Assembly: GCA_963845065.1 (NCBI GenBank)
Contig: CAWJQQ010000008.1
Coordinates: 448,001 to 512,000, forward strand
From: Nitrospirota bacterium
GTDB lineage: Bacteria; Nitrospirota; UBA9217
Length of the DNA stretch: 64,000 nt
Reading direction: 5' to 3'
Every line of letters starts with the position of its first letter. Position 1 is the stretch's first letter. Both the position numbers and the translations under genes were made by a program. Under the pieces are notes generated by a model. It ran no database searches. It had not been told where the DNA came from and worked only from the letters and a program-made list of their open reading frames with translations. Shown piece after piece: positions 1 through 9,691 of this stretch.

Positions 1-897
1 GAATATCTGGGGCACGTACTTCTGGAGCCGGGCGCCGATATACATGCCGGCAAAGCCGCCAGCACCGAACAATGATCCAAGCAGCCAATCTGGCGATACG
101 GCAACGCCGCCCGGGCCGGGCAGGAGACTGTAGAGAATAACTCCGGCGATCGAAGTGAGGAACGTTCCCAGCAGAGCTGCGCCGGCTACTGTATAAACGG
201 GCAGATTGAATACCGCGACACAGAACGGTGCAATGATCGCGCCTCCGCCGATGCCATAGGTCCCGCCGATAATCCCTACAATAAACGCAAGCAGGAACAT
301 GGCTGGTACGCTGAACCGGAATCGTTCACCCCAGAATTCGTATTCAATGGTATTCAGATTAAAGGTAATCGTTTTGACCACCGCGTCGGCAGGGAGTCCG
401 GCAGCTGCTTGGGAATGCCGCTGCTCCCTGATAAGCTTTGCCCGTTCCGAAAACTTGCAGTCTAACTCTCGTAACTTCGCTTTACCCGCCTGTGCTTTTC
501 CGGTCATTTCATATAAGAGCCTGCCGCCAATGTACAGGAGCACGATGCCGACAAAGAGCTTGAATGTGCGTGGATCGGGGAGATAAAGGACCCGGAGGTA
601 GAAGCCGATGAAGACGCCGGGCAGTGTCCCGGCTATGATCACCCACGCCAGCGGCCACGCCATGCGTCCTTCCTTGAAGTATTGGTAAACGCCGCTCGGG
701 ATCGCTACAATGTTGTAGACAAAATTCGTGGAGCTCACTGCAGGGTTGGTAAAGCCGAGGACGCTCATCTGGTACGGCAGCAGAAGGAAGGCGCCAGATA
801 CACCGCCCATGGACGTAAACGTCGATATCACGAGCGCTACGAGCGGTGGGAGGAAAACCCAGGTCTTCACACCTGACAGAGGAAACAGAACGTACAT
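1..897 (-). CDS. Sulfite exporter TauE/SafE family membrane protein (3' end runs off window)
   Basis: Manual minus-strand translation from ATG at 897: MYVLFPLSGVKTWVFLPPLVALVISTFTSMGGVSGAFLLLPYQMS...VSPDWLLGSLFGAGGFAGMYIGARLQKYVPQIF. Missing from the ORF track because it has no stop in the window. Confidence 0.85.
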   Translation of the reverse strand, partial: MYVLFPLSGVKTWVFLPPLVALVISTFTSMGGVSGAFLLLPYQMSVLGFTNPAVSSTNFVYNIVAIPSGVYQYFKEGRMAWPLAWVIIAGTLPGVFIGFYLRVLYLPDPRTFKLFVGIVLLYIGGRLLYEMTGKAQAGKAKLRELDCKFSERAKLIREQRHSQAAAGLPADAVVKTITFNLNTIEYEFWGERFRFSVPAMFLLAFIVGIIGGTYGIGGGAIIAPFCVAVFNLPVYTVAGAALLGTFLTSIAGVILYSLLPGPGGVAVSPDWLLGSLFGAGGFAGMYIGARLQKYVPQIF

Positions 898-1002
898 GCT
901 TTCCATGACGGATACTATAGCATAAAATAATCATGATGAAAACAAACAACACAGAACGCGACTCCCTGTTTCATTATTGTCCAGCTGGAAAGAGCCCTGA
1001 AC

Positions 1003-1029
1003 TAAATTTTTCATAAAATCAACCGATAA
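1003..1029 (+). promoter_or_regulatory. Sigma-28 (FliA)-type promoter upstream of the sigma factor gene
   Basis: TAAA-N15-ACCGATAA versus consensus TAAA-N15-GCCGATAA. Confidence 0.6.
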
Positions 1030-1175
1030 GTATTGTAGTACGGTGAATTTCGAATTGCCGTGAAGGGTGCCGATAGCCGTGTACGGCATTGGGTCGAGTT
1101 ATCATGGCACATTTTCATGCGATAAAGGGCATACTTGAGCGTTCCATTAAATATTGTATCACAAAAAAAATCTGT

Positions 1176-1203
1176 TTGACTTGAGTTTTAATTTTGATAT
1201 AAT
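1176..1203 (+). promoter_or_regulatory. Sigma-70-type promoter
   Basis: TTGACT-N16-TATAAT, 38 nt upstream of the ATG at 1242. Confidence 0.6.
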
Positions 1204-1241
1204 TGTAATCAGAGGATGGGAAAGACAGAAAGAGCGGAGAT

Positions 1242-2603
1242 ATGACGAAAGTGGCAATAACGGAAGAAAAGCAAGAATACCCGGAAGGCGGGGTACCAGA
1301 AGAGGTATTAGACGAACTTGCCGATGAACTGGCCGAGGAAGAGGAAGAGGAAGAACCTTCACCAGTTGAGATCGCAGAGGCCGCAGAGGAAGTTGGGGGA
1401 GGAGCTGATCTTGTCGATACCTACCTCAAGTCCGTAGGCCGGTTTCCGATGCTCAAGATCGAAGAGGAACAGCAATACGTGCGCATGCTCGAAGAGGGCA
1501 AGGCCGCGCTCAAGTTCATTGCATTGAGCTCTCCGCTTGCGATTCCGAGGATACTTGCTCTGGGTGCGAACATCAAGCAGGGGTTTGTAAAGTCCCAGGA
1601 TGTTCTGCGTTTTCCCGGTGAGTGGAAAGATATTTTCGAGGCCGATTTCATGCGCCTCTATAACCGGTTGAAGAGGCAGGTTGCGCGACGCGACATGGAG
1701 CGCGCGACTGATACACTCAATGAAATGAGCCTCTCCTTCCGTGAAATCGAGAAGATGCTCAAAAAACTTTCTGCCCTGGCAAAACAGGTTGAGCGCGGGA
1801 ATACGGCAGAACTGGAAAAACTCGGACTTGATGAGCCGACTTTGAGGGATATGGTCAGGCGCATCGAGCAGGAAGACGTGAGAGTAAAATATTCCAAGGA
1901 CGAATTGATCAAAGCTAACTTGAGGCTGGTCGTCTCGATTGCGAAAAAATATGTGAACCGCGGGCTGACCCTGCTCGATCTCATCCAGGAGGGCAACATA
2001 GGGCTCATGAAGGCCGCAGACCGGTACGAATCCGGCAAGGGCACCAAGTTCAGCACCTATTCCACGTGGTGGATCAGGCAGCGCATCACGCGCGCCATCC
2101 TGGATCAGGCCCGCACGATCCGGCTTCCCGTGCATCTGATCGAAGAAAGCACACGCATCAGTCGTATTTATACCAAGTTCATGCGTGAAAAAGGAAGAGA
2201 ACCTACACCAGAAGAAGTATCCAAGTTAATGGGCCTGTCCGTAGTGAGAGTGAATGAGATCCTCCGTGCGATCCAGGAGCCCGTGTCCCTCGAAACGCCG
2301 ATCCTCTCGGAGGAGAAGGAGCTCAAGGACGTCATTATCGACGAAAAGTCGGTGTCTCCCTTCAAGACGCTGGAGAACAGCGAAGCGTCCAACCGCATCG
2401 AACAAGTGCTTTCGTCCCTCACGGAGCGGGAAGAAAAGATTATTAGAATGCGGTTTGGCATCGGTGTGGGTAGCGAACACACACTCGAAGAAGTCGGTAA
2501 ATATTTCAATCTTACCCGGGAACGGATCCGGCAGATCGAGATAAAAGCATTGAAGAAACTTCGCCATCCCGCCCGCAGCAAACTGCTGAGGGAATATGTC
2601 TAG
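1242..2603 (+). CDS. rpoD: RNA polymerase sigma-70 factor, RpoD/SigA-like
   Basis: Region 2 ANLRLVVSIAKKYVNRGL..DLIQEGNIGLMKA..KFSTYSTWWIRQ, region 3 QEPVSLETP and region 4 HTLEEVG..TRERIRQIE..ALKKLRHP. Could be a paralog rather than the primary sigma. Confidence 0.85.
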   Translation: MTKVAITEEKQEYPEGGVPEEVLDELADELAEEEEEEEPSPVEIAEAAEEVGGGADLVDTYLKSVGRFPMLKIEEEQQYVRMLEEGKAALKFIALSSPLAIPRILALGANIKQGFVKSQDVLRFPGEWKDIFEADFMRLYNRLKRQVARRDMERATDTLNEMSLSFREIEKMLKKLSALAKQVERGNTAELEKLGLDEPTLRDMVRRIEQEDVRVKYSKDELIKANLRLVVSIAKKYVNRGLTLLDLIQEGNIGLMKAADRYESGKGTKFSTYSTWWIRQRITRAILDQARTIRLPVHLIEESTRISRIYTKFMREKGREPTPEEVSKLMGLSVVRVNEILRAIQEPVSLETPILSEEKELKDVIIDEKSVSPFKTLENSEASNRIEQVLSSLTEREEKIIRMRFGIGVGSEHTLEEVGKYFNLTRERIRQIEIKALKKLRHPARSKLLREYV

Positions 2604-2815
2604 TGTCCTGCCGTAACCCCCTAAAGAAAATAAGTTGGGAATATATCGTGTCAATTCCGGGCGCCGCTCAGAGTGAAACGATTTTTTTTGTTCTATAACG
2701 GCACCGAGAGCCCGGATAAGCGCGGTTAAACCTGGAGTTGATATTTGGACGCGGAAGTAGCGGATCAATATATCATGCGCGGTTGAAAGGCTGAGGAGGG
2801 ATTTCGCACTTTGGG

Positions 2816-2856
2816 AGGACCGCAAGCCGAAGAAATTCGTTGCGGTCCTTTTTTTT
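2816..2856 (+). terminator. Rho-independent terminator
   Basis: AGGACCGCAA...TTGCGGTCCT followed by a T run. Confidence 0.75.
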
Positions 2857-3021
2857 GCCCGATTCGGTCCCGGTCAACCGCTGTTTAGTTCTTACGAAAA
2901 GACAAGGAGGCTGCTGGAAGTACATAGTTCGAGTCGGGGAAACCCGTATTTTTGAATGACGATTTATCAAGGAAGTCAGGCATATCCGCAGACAGCTTTT
3001 TGCGGATTCATCGCTTGTCTC

Positions 3022-3468
3022 TCAATCGTCGGTCTGCGGTATGAATTCGATGTCGTCGATGATGCACGTAACCTCATTAAGGTAGGGCATGTCATGATCG
3101 GGGCTGCTGATATAAGCGGCCATAAGCGCATGGGTTTTGTCAACGAGGAACCATATACGCCAGTGCGTACGTTCATTCTTTTCATTAAACGTATAGTCAA
3201 GGGTGGCGCTGCCCATGTTTCCATGGTTTTCCACCTGCACTGCTTCCCGAGGGAAGGGAATGTCCCGCTCTTCTAGAGTGTCTTCGAGCAGCGTCTTGGC
3301 CGCTTCCTCGAGAGGTAAGTTTGTGTCTTCCCGCTCCATGAACGAGAGTTGTACCATCCCGGGCCAGCCTTCTTTTTCGAGCAAAACATAACCCATTTCC
3401 TCACGTTCTGTCCAACCGTCGGGAAGGAAAAGATTTATCCAGCGCTCATAGGTAACTTTTTTTCCCAT
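3022..3468 (-). CDS. Hypothetical protein (possibly DcrB/PsbP-like fold)
   Basis: 148-aa acidic ORF with an N-terminal LPDGW motif. The fold assignment is inference. Confidence 0.6.
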   Translation of the reverse strand: MGKKVTYERWINLFLPDGWTEREEMGYVLLEKEGWPGMVQLSFMEREDTNLPLEEAAKTLLEDTLEERDIPFPREAVQVENHGNMGSATLDYTFNEKNERTHWRIWFLVDKTHALMAAYISSPDHDMPYLNEVTCIIDDIEFIPQTDD

Positions 3469-3534
3469 GGGGCATTGTAGCGGAGGGGGGAGAGCCAGTC
3501 AAATGAGTTTCGCAAATAGGGGAAAAAAAACTGC

Positions 3535-4062
3535 TTATATGTACCTGAGCTGTTTTAGTGCATCTATAATTGTGCCTGCATTAGCTTCGGCAGAATTCCT
3601 GCAGTCCAGGATAAGCTCAGCCATTTCCGGTGGTTCATAAGCCCTCTGCAGTCCAGGGACGGTTGAGGCCTTTCCCGCCGCGGCGTTGCGATAAATGCCC
3701 TTGGGATCACGTTTGATGCAGACATCCAGCGGGCAGTGGATATAAACTTCGACGAAGCGGGGGATGAGCACACGGGCGCGTTCTCGGTAGATCCTTCTGT
3801 TTGCCGTGGCATCGAATATTACGTTGACGCCGTTTAGCGTAATGACCGATCCAATCGATGCCAGCGCCTGATAGAACCAGTCTCGCTCCGAGTCTTCATA
3901 TGTTGCATGGGGGGTCAGAATCGTACGCATGGCATCGGACTCCAGCACGACAAACGGCAGATGATGGCCCGCCATCATACCTACCAGCTCCCGGGTGACA
4001 GAGCTCTTGCCTGAGGCAGGCATACCCGTTATCCAGATTGCGAAGCCGTTTTGTCTGCTCAT
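3535..4062 (-). CDS. cysC: Adenylyl-sulfate kinase family protein
   Basis: IWITGMPASGKS P-loop, FVEVYIHCPLDVCIKRDPKGIY, VPG...YEPP. Confidence 0.8.
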   Translation of the reverse strand: MSRQNGFAIWITGMPASGKSSVTRELVGMMAGHHLPFVVLESDAMRTILTPHATYEDSERDWFYQALASIGSVITLNGVNVIFDATANRRIYRERARVLIPRFVEVYIHCPLDVCIKRDPKGIYRNAAAGKASTVPGLQRAYEPPEMAELILDCRNSAEANAGTIIDALKQLRYI

Positions 4063-5144
4063 CGGAGGTACCTGTTCACGTCTTCGGGATGAAATCGTTC
4101 AGCAGCAAGAACGTTTTCAATAAAATTAAAAATGGATTTTCTTACCACCGATGAAAGATGGGGGTACCAGACTGGGCTGGCGATGACCAATCCGCGCCAG
4201 GCGAGGAAGGGCGCTATTACTTCGAGCATTTCGCTGTCCGCGGTCCTGGCCAAGTAGTGATCCCAGAAGAGTCGGAACATTTTTTCGAAGTCGCCCTCCA
4301 GTTTATTGGAGCGCTGGAGAGAGAAAAACAGGTAGTTAATACTCATAGTGGCGGTATCATCTGCAGGCTCCCCCCACTCCCCGCGCGATCGGTCAAGGAC
4401 CGTGAAGTCTGTGGCCTCTCGAAACAGGATGTTCCAGGGGTGGAAATCTCCATGGACGCGGCAGAGGCGATGGGAACGGTCCCTGATGCGCCAGCGCCAT
4501 GCTACACAGCTTATCTCCGTCCTCCGCAGATACGTGTCGTCGATGCCCTCTACCTTTTTTGGATAGTTATCGATCAGTCCCATGATGCATTCCCCATGGC
4601 CCAGGAGTTCGCGGATGCGGCGGGTGTAGAGGGCAGGCTCATCGCGCTTTTGCGCATGGACCTCGATGAGATAGTCCGCGAGTGTCCGAACCCTGTCTGT
4701 GTCGGTCAAGGTCGCTGATCCCTTGTCCCTGATTCTCTCAAGGTCCTTAAAATATCCGACGCCATCCACAAATTCAGTTAGCAGGAAAAATTCTTCGGTC
4801 CTGCCCGTTGAGATCATCGCGCCCGAATCAAGGAACGCGCCACTGTCGAGCGATCGAACATGGCGGGGAAGATTGTTGAAGGCCCGGTGTTCCCAGAGGA
4901 TGGTCTGGGCCCGGTCTGAATAATGTTCATGCCCGAACGTGGACGGCGCCATGGTTTCAAGCACTGCCTTTTTTCGCTCTCCGTCTATCTCGTATTCAAG
5001 AAATAGCGGAGAACCGTAACCGAATCCCTTGAGGTCGTCTCCTTCTTCCTGCGCACCGTGGACCGTCATGGATATAAGACGGACCTGTTTTACGTAAAGG
5101 GCTTCGAGGTAATCCTTGACGGCCTGCATGAATAAAATGGGCAT
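4059..5144 (-). CDS. Aminoglycoside phosphotransferase/kinase-like protein
   Basis: VHGDFHPWNILF Brenner motif, VLDRSRGEWGEPADD. Start set at ATG 5144 after GGAGG. Overlaps the cysC-like gene by 4 bp. Confidence 0.8.
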   Translation of the reverse strand: MPILFMQAVKDYLEALYVKQVRLISMTVHGAQEEGDDLKGFGYGSPLFLEYEIDGERKKAVLETMAPSTFGHEHYSDRAQTILWEHRAFNNLPRHVRSLDSGAFLDSGAMISTGRTEEFFLLTEFVDGVGYFKDLERIRDKGSATLTDTDRVRTLADYLIEVHAQKRDEPALYTRRIRELLGHGECIMGLIDNYPKKVEGIDDTYLRRTEISCVAWRWRIRDRSHRLCRVHGDFHPWNILFREATDFTVLDRSRGEWGEPADDTATMSINYLFFSLQRSNKLEGDFEKMFRLFWDHYLARTADSEMLEVIAPFLAWRGLVIASPVWYPHLSSVVRKSIFNFIENVLAAERFHPEDVNRYLR

Positions 5145-5277
5145 AATTCCCTCCCAGGCGAGCACGATGAAAAAACATGTTTTATTCTATCATGAATTTG
5201 AGAAAAAGGAAGGATGAGACAATCTCCGGGGCGTGGCGCGATATGATAGGAGGATTCCGGCGTCGTAATTGCCCGAC

Positions 5278-6279
5278 TTATCCATCAGCCCCAACTTGTC
5301 TCAGGTGAGTGTCATGGATCGGCAGTGGCTCGCCCGGGTCAAAGACTTCTTTGTCGTACTGAATGCGATAAGAGCGGCCGGGAACATGTTTACTGTAGGT
5401 TATAATGAGGCGCCCGATGGTCTGCTTGATGGCTTGCGTGGGGTATCCGGTCAACAGGGCTACGGGACCGGGGAAACCATGGGGAACAAAGAGCCGATAG
5501 CCGTTGGGTGCCATCGACAGGAGCATGGTGTTCTCTTCGTTATCGCGGCCCAGGACGATTTTTATGCCTGAATCCATACGGTAGTGGCGGCCTATGGTGA
5601 GCAGCCGGACATCATCGAGTGTAACCGCCTGACTATCCTCGAACAGGTCGCGCAGCTTTTCCGCAAAGTTCTTGTCTGTAAGGAGGCACCCGCCGGCCGG
5701 TGTGGAGTATCCCCGAATGCCGAATCGTTCCGCGAGCTGGAGTTGGACCGCTCGCGATCTGCCGCTGATGCCCAGGAGCTTATCCCGCTGGACCAGTCCT
5801 TGCAGCTCCGCTTTTGTGGGCTGCAAAAGCGTGGCCGAAAGAGGCCGGAGTATCATGCCGCGCATGTCGGCGTCGCGTTCGATCACGTCCAACGCGTCGC
5901 GACGCTGCGACATTGGCCGTTGACCCAGGACCTCGCCGGTAATCACGAAGGAGGCATTCAGTTCCTTCATAAGGTTTTTGGCCTTCTTCAGCATGTATAT
6001 TTTGCAATCTATGCAGGGGTTGACGTGCTTGCCGTAGCCGTGGGATGGCTTGCGGACCAGATCGATATAATCCCGGCCCATATCCAGAACGCGGAGGTCG
6101 ATCCCGACGGCTTTCGACACACGGGCGGCATGGGTTTGTCCCTCATTCCCGTAACTCTTGGAAAAAGCCGAAGTACAATAGAGCCCGATGACATCGAAGC
6201 CCTGCTCCATGACTAATTTCGCCGCCAGTATGCTGTCTAACCCGCCTGAAATGAGCGCAATTGCCCCTTTATTTTCCAC
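5278..6279 (-). CDS. PP-loop tRNA thiolation enzyme (ThiI/MnmA-like)
   Basis: SGGLDS PP-loop, NPCIDCK, TGEVLGQRPMSQ, PAGGCLLTD; GTG start after GGAGG. Confidence 0.8.
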   Translation of the reverse strand: MENKGAIALISGGLDSILAAKLVMEQGFDVIGLYCTSAFSKSYGNEGQTHAARVSKAVGIDLRVLDMGRDYIDLVRKPSHGYGKHVNPCIDCKIYMLKKAKNLMKELNASFVITGEVLGQRPMSQRRDALDVIERDADMRGMILRPLSATLLQPTKAELQGLVQRDKLLGISGRSRAVQLQLAERFGIRGYSTPAGGCLLTDKNFAEKLRDLFEDSQAVTLDDVRLLTIGRHYRMDSGIKIVLGRDNEENTMLLSMAPNGYRLFVPHGFPGPVALLTGYPTQAIKQTIGRLIITYSKHVPGRSYRIQYDKEVFDPGEPLPIHDTHLRQVGADG

Positions 6280-6446
6280 TGGTCCTCCCTATGCCCGAAA
6301 TGGACGCCGTATTATAAATCTCTGCCTGCTGTTTTTGCAAGAGAGAAGAGCAGTTTACACGCATTAATCAAATACGGGTTTAAGCGGTGGCAACGGGTGA
6401 AAAAAGGGTATAATTATTATAAAGTAGAAATTCAGGAGGGCAGCAT

Positions 6447-6980
6447 ATGGCTAACTGGATGATCGATCAGGATCACTCCTGTGCTGCATTTGCGATCAGG
6501 CACATGGCACTCGCGTATGTGCGCGGCCAGTTCACCAGTATGAAGGGGACGATCCATTTTGATCCCGCTGACAAGTCCCGCGCGTCTGTGGATGTTGAGA
6601 TTGATGTTGCAAGCGTCAATACTGGAATAAAGAAACGAGACGAGCATCTGCTCACCGGTGATTTTTTCGACAAGGGGAAGTACCCGACCATCAGGTTCAC
6701 GAGCAATTCCGTTGATTTTCTCGACCGTAGCCGCTGCCGCATAATCGGCACTCTGACGATGCATGGAACAACGAGGCAGGTAACATTCGAGGGAGAATAT
6801 GCGGGGCCACGAAAGAATCCCTACGGCGACGAGACTACGGTCGGTTTTTCCGCTACAACTACGGTGAACCGCGAGGATTTCGGGATCATGTGGGGAAGCG
6901 AGCCTATGGAGGGCGGCGGATTGGTAGCAGGAAAGGAAGTGCAAATTTTTCTCGAAGTGGAGGCTGATTTGGTAGAGTAA
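6447..6980 (+). CDS. yceI: YceI family lipid/polyisoprenoid-binding protein
   Basis: W.ID..HS...F.IRHM...VRGQF, RDEHL...DFFD..KYPTI.F.S, G.LTMHG.T; AGGAGG RBS. Confidence 0.9.
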   Translation: MANWMIDQDHSCAAFAIRHMALAYVRGQFTSMKGTIHFDPADKSRASVDVEIDVASVNTGIKKRDEHLLTGDFFDKGKYPTIRFTSNSVDFLDRSRCRIIGTLTMHGTTRQVTFEGEYAGPRKNPYGDETTVGFSATTTVNREDFGIMWGSEPMEGGGLVAGKEVQIFLEVEADLVE

Positions 6981-7036
6981 TCCTGATGGCTTGACCAGAG
7001 GACCACGCCTGGTGTATTGTTGGAGCAAAAGAGGAA

Positions 7037-7064
7037 GGCCACCTGTTTCAGTGTGGCCTTTTTT
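7037..7064 (+). terminator. Rho-independent terminator
   Basis: AAGGCCAC-loop-GTGGCCTT followed by TTTT. Confidence 0.6.
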
Positions 7065-7089
7065 GTCGAATGTTGAGGAGGAACCCCAC

Positions 7090-7635
7090 ATGCGCCAGGC
7101 AAAGAAAGAGATACAAGACAGGGCCATCATCATCGGCCTTCTGCAGACGTGTCATGTCGGCAGGCTCGGGACCATCGGCAAGGATGGTTATCCCCTGGTG
7201 AAACCGCTCAACTTCTCCTTTCATGACGGCAAAATCTATTTTCACAGTGCCCGGGAAGGGGAGAAAATAGACGATATCAAACGTGACAACCGTATCTGCT
7301 TCGAGGTTGACCTGCCTATAGCGCTTGTGAAGAGCAGGGGGATTCCCTGCAAAGCCGAATATCTGTACCGAAGCGTGATCGTAAAGGGAAGGGCGCACAT
7401 CGTAGATGATCCAACGGAGCGGCACGCGGCGCTACGTCTGCTCATGGAAAAGTACCAGCCCGAGGGGGGCTACGGTGAATTCCCGGAAGATAAAAAAACT
7501 GTTACAGGTATAGTCAGGATCGATATTGAAAAGATGACCGGCAAGGAAGATTTAGGCCCCGAAGGCCTGAAGGAAGCGGTGGTGAAGGCGCTCGAAGAAA
7601 ACGTGCAGCTGCCGATCATTCTTGAGAGGGCATGA
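7090..7635 (+). CDS. Pyridoxamine 5'-phosphate oxidase / NimA-like flavin-binding protein
   Basis: VGRLGT..DGYP...PLNF...IYFHSAREGEK...ICFEVD...YRSVIVKG; start at ATG 7090 after GAGGAGG. Confidence 0.85.
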   Translation: MRQAKKEIQDRAIIIGLLQTCHVGRLGTIGKDGYPLVKPLNFSFHDGKIYFHSAREGEKIDDIKRDNRICFEVDLPIALVKSRGIPCKAEYLYRSVIVKGRAHIVDDPTERHAALRLLMEKYQPEGGYGEFPEDKKTVTGIVRIDIEKMTGKEDLGPEGLKEAVVKALEENVQLPIILERA

Positions 7636-8075
7636 GGAGGAGTTTTTCACAGGAACATACCAGAAAATCAATCTGCATAATGATTAGTCCAACGCCGCAC
7701 CGTACGTGATTGTGTTGCTGGTACTGATATTAACCGCATTTTGATAGCTTGCGACTTTCTGGACATTAGTCCCCTGCGGTTTATCGCCCATATTGTCTCC
7801 GCAATTATCCGGCGCACATCTCCTGCATTTTCCCCACCGTGACACAGTCTCTCGTCACATCCATGCAACATTTCATGAATTCGCGGAAGTTCGGTATGCC
7901 ACTAATATTTTTTTGTCCCACCATTCAAATAGCTTTACGCATTATGATCGATGACAACTGTCCCTTCTAGTTGAAAATGATTGGCCTTGGCGACAATTGT
8001 TACCAAACTATCCGCAGAAAGCCCCTGGTTTTAACCATGGGGATGAATGCGGGAACTTTGTTTTTCAGCAATTGC

Positions 8076-8104
8076 TAGACAAATGTATATCTATATGGTA
8101 TAGT
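8076..8104 (+). promoter_or_regulatory. Internal tnpB promoter (sigma-70 type)
   Basis: TAGACA-N17-TATAGT with an extended TG; similar sequence in the other copies. Confidence 0.5.
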
Positions 8105-8114
8105 TGAGCAATCA

Positions 8115-9650
8115 ATGCCTGATAAACTTAAAACTCCAACATTTATCCACGAGTTTCAACTCGTAGTGACTCCAAAGGACAATCGAATGCTCGATGCCCG
8201 GCTCGAAGCTGGCCGTTATCTGTACAATGCCTGCCTTGGTGAAGCGATGAAGCGTCTTACTGCCATGCGGCGATCAGAAAAATGGCTCGTGGCGATCACG
8301 AAGAAGAAAAGCAAGCTTCGCACCAAGATGTTTAAGACAGCCAGAACCCAGGCTGAATATACTGAATACCACCTTCATAACTACGTCGGTATCCTCCGCA
8401 ATTCCTGCTGGATCAGTGAGCATATTGACAGCCTGACCGCCCAGAAGATAGCATCTCGAGCATATAGCGCCGTCGCTGACTACGAGTTTGGGAAGCATGG
8501 CAAACCACGTTTCAAGCGCCATGGCTGGATGTCGTCCCTTGAAGGTAAAAACAACAAATCTGGTATTCGGTGGTGCGATGACCATATGGAGTGGACTGGC
8601 CTTCGTCTCAACTGTGTCTTCGATAAAAAAGACAAGTTTGGCGTTCAGGCTCATGCACTTAGCCATGATGTCAAGTACGTTCGTCTGGTCAAGAAAACTA
8701 TCCGCGGCAATCCCCGCTGGTTTGCCCAACTTGTGCTTAAAGGCACGGCCAAGATAAAGCGTGAGAACCAGATTGGCACCGAAACCGTTGGCCTTGACAT
8801 TGGCCCGTCGACAGTTGCCATCGTTGGTGATACCGATGCGTTACTACTCGAATTTTGCCCTGAAGTCGAGATACCGTTTAAACGTATCAAGACCGTCCAG
8901 CGCACAATGGCCAGAAGCCTTCGTGCTACCAACCCGGGCAACTACAACGGAGACAAAACCATCAAAACGGGTAAAAAGCAGTGGGTCTTTTCTGCTCAAT
9001 ACCGTGTTCTTAAAGCTAAGCTCGCTGAACTTCAAAGAATCCTTGCTGAAACCAGAAAACGGTCTCATGACAAGCTCGTGAACAAAGTCCTCACTCTCGG
9101 TACCGACATCAAAACCGAGAAACTGTCGTACAAAGCATTTCAGAAACTCTATGGTAAAAGTATTTCGCGACGAGCTCCGGGGATGTTTATGTCGATGCTT
9201 CACCACAAAGCCGAAAACGCTGGCGGTAAAGTAACCGAGTTTTCTACCCGGAGCACAAAGCTTTCCCAGACATGCCATTGCGGAACAGTAGCCAAAAAAT
9301 CATTGTCCCAAAGATGGCATGCCTGCAACTGCGGGGTAAGCACCCAGCGTGATCTCTATTCCGCATTCCTTGCAAAGCATGTTTCTAACGATGTCCTCGA
9401 CACGCGTCAGGCTGCCAAAGCCTGGCCGGGTGCAAACCTGCTCCTGGAACGGGCGGTGTTGGGGGTGCAGCATGAAGCGGCAAAGGGTCGAATTCATCCA
9501 ACCAGCTTCGGTATCAAGCACGAGAACACCACGAACCGGAGACAGAGCTGCTCGTCCGTTAAAGGCGGATCAACGACAGTCGAGGCCGACAACGTTCGTA
9601 TTGTTGCCGGAGAGCCTGTCGGTATAGCCGCTAGAACCCCCTGGCTTTAG
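8115..9650 (+). CDS. tnpB: TnpB RNA-guided endonuclease
   Basis: RuvC-I VGLDIG, RuvC-II KTEKLS, Zn finger CHC...CNC, RuvC-III QRDLYSA; D/E/D catalytic residues present. Confidence 0.92.
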   Translation: MPDKLKTPTFIHEFQLVVTPKDNRMLDARLEAGRYLYNACLGEAMKRLTAMRRSEKWLVAITKKKSKLRTKMFKTARTQAEYTEYHLHNYVGILRNSCWISEHIDSLTAQKIASRAYSAVADYEFGKHGKPRFKRHGWMSSLEGKNNKSGIRWCDDHMEWTGLRLNCVFDKKDKFGVQAHALSHDVKYVRLVKKTIRGNPRWFAQLVLKGTAKIKRENQIGTETVGLDIGPSTVAIVGDTDALLLEFCPEVEIPFKRIKTVQRTMARSLRATNPGNYNGDKTIKTGKKQWVFSAQYRVLKAKLAELQRILAETRKRSHDKLVNKVLTLGTDIKTEKLSYKAFQKLYGKSISRRAPGMFMSMLHHKAENAGGKVTEFSTRSTKLSQTCHCGTVAKKSLSQRWHACNCGVSTQRDLYSAFLAKHVSNDVLDTRQAAKAWPGANLLLERAVLGVQHEAAKGRIHPTSFGIKHENTTNRRQSCSSVKGGSTTVEADNVRIVAGEPVGIAARTPWL

Positions 9651-9691
9651 ACATGGGGAGTGGTCAGCGTCAGCATGAGCTATTCCTGGCA

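Larger units (their letters stand above)
8004..9667 (+). mobile_element. IS200/IS605 family (IS608-like ends), tnpB-only element, copy 1, 1664 bp
   Basis: TTAC target at 8000-8003. Left end CAAACTATCCGCAG-AAAG-CCCCTGGTTTTAACCATGGGG; right end GAAC-CCCCTGGCTTTAGACATGGGG-AGTGG-TCAG. No TSD. Confidence 0.92.

Noticed and set aside
509..952. 147-aa minus-strand ORF in the track
   Set aside because: It is an alternative frame over the TauE/SafE gene, which has recognisable motifs and runs off the window.
1359..2135. Long antisense ORFs (here and opposite the kinases and tnpB)
   Set aside because: These are shadows of codon bias on the opposite strand of well-supported genes, with no motifs of their own.
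8115..9650. Nuclease-dead TnpB (TldR-like regulator)
   Set aside because: All three RuvC acidic residues are present and the gene sits between intact transposon ends.
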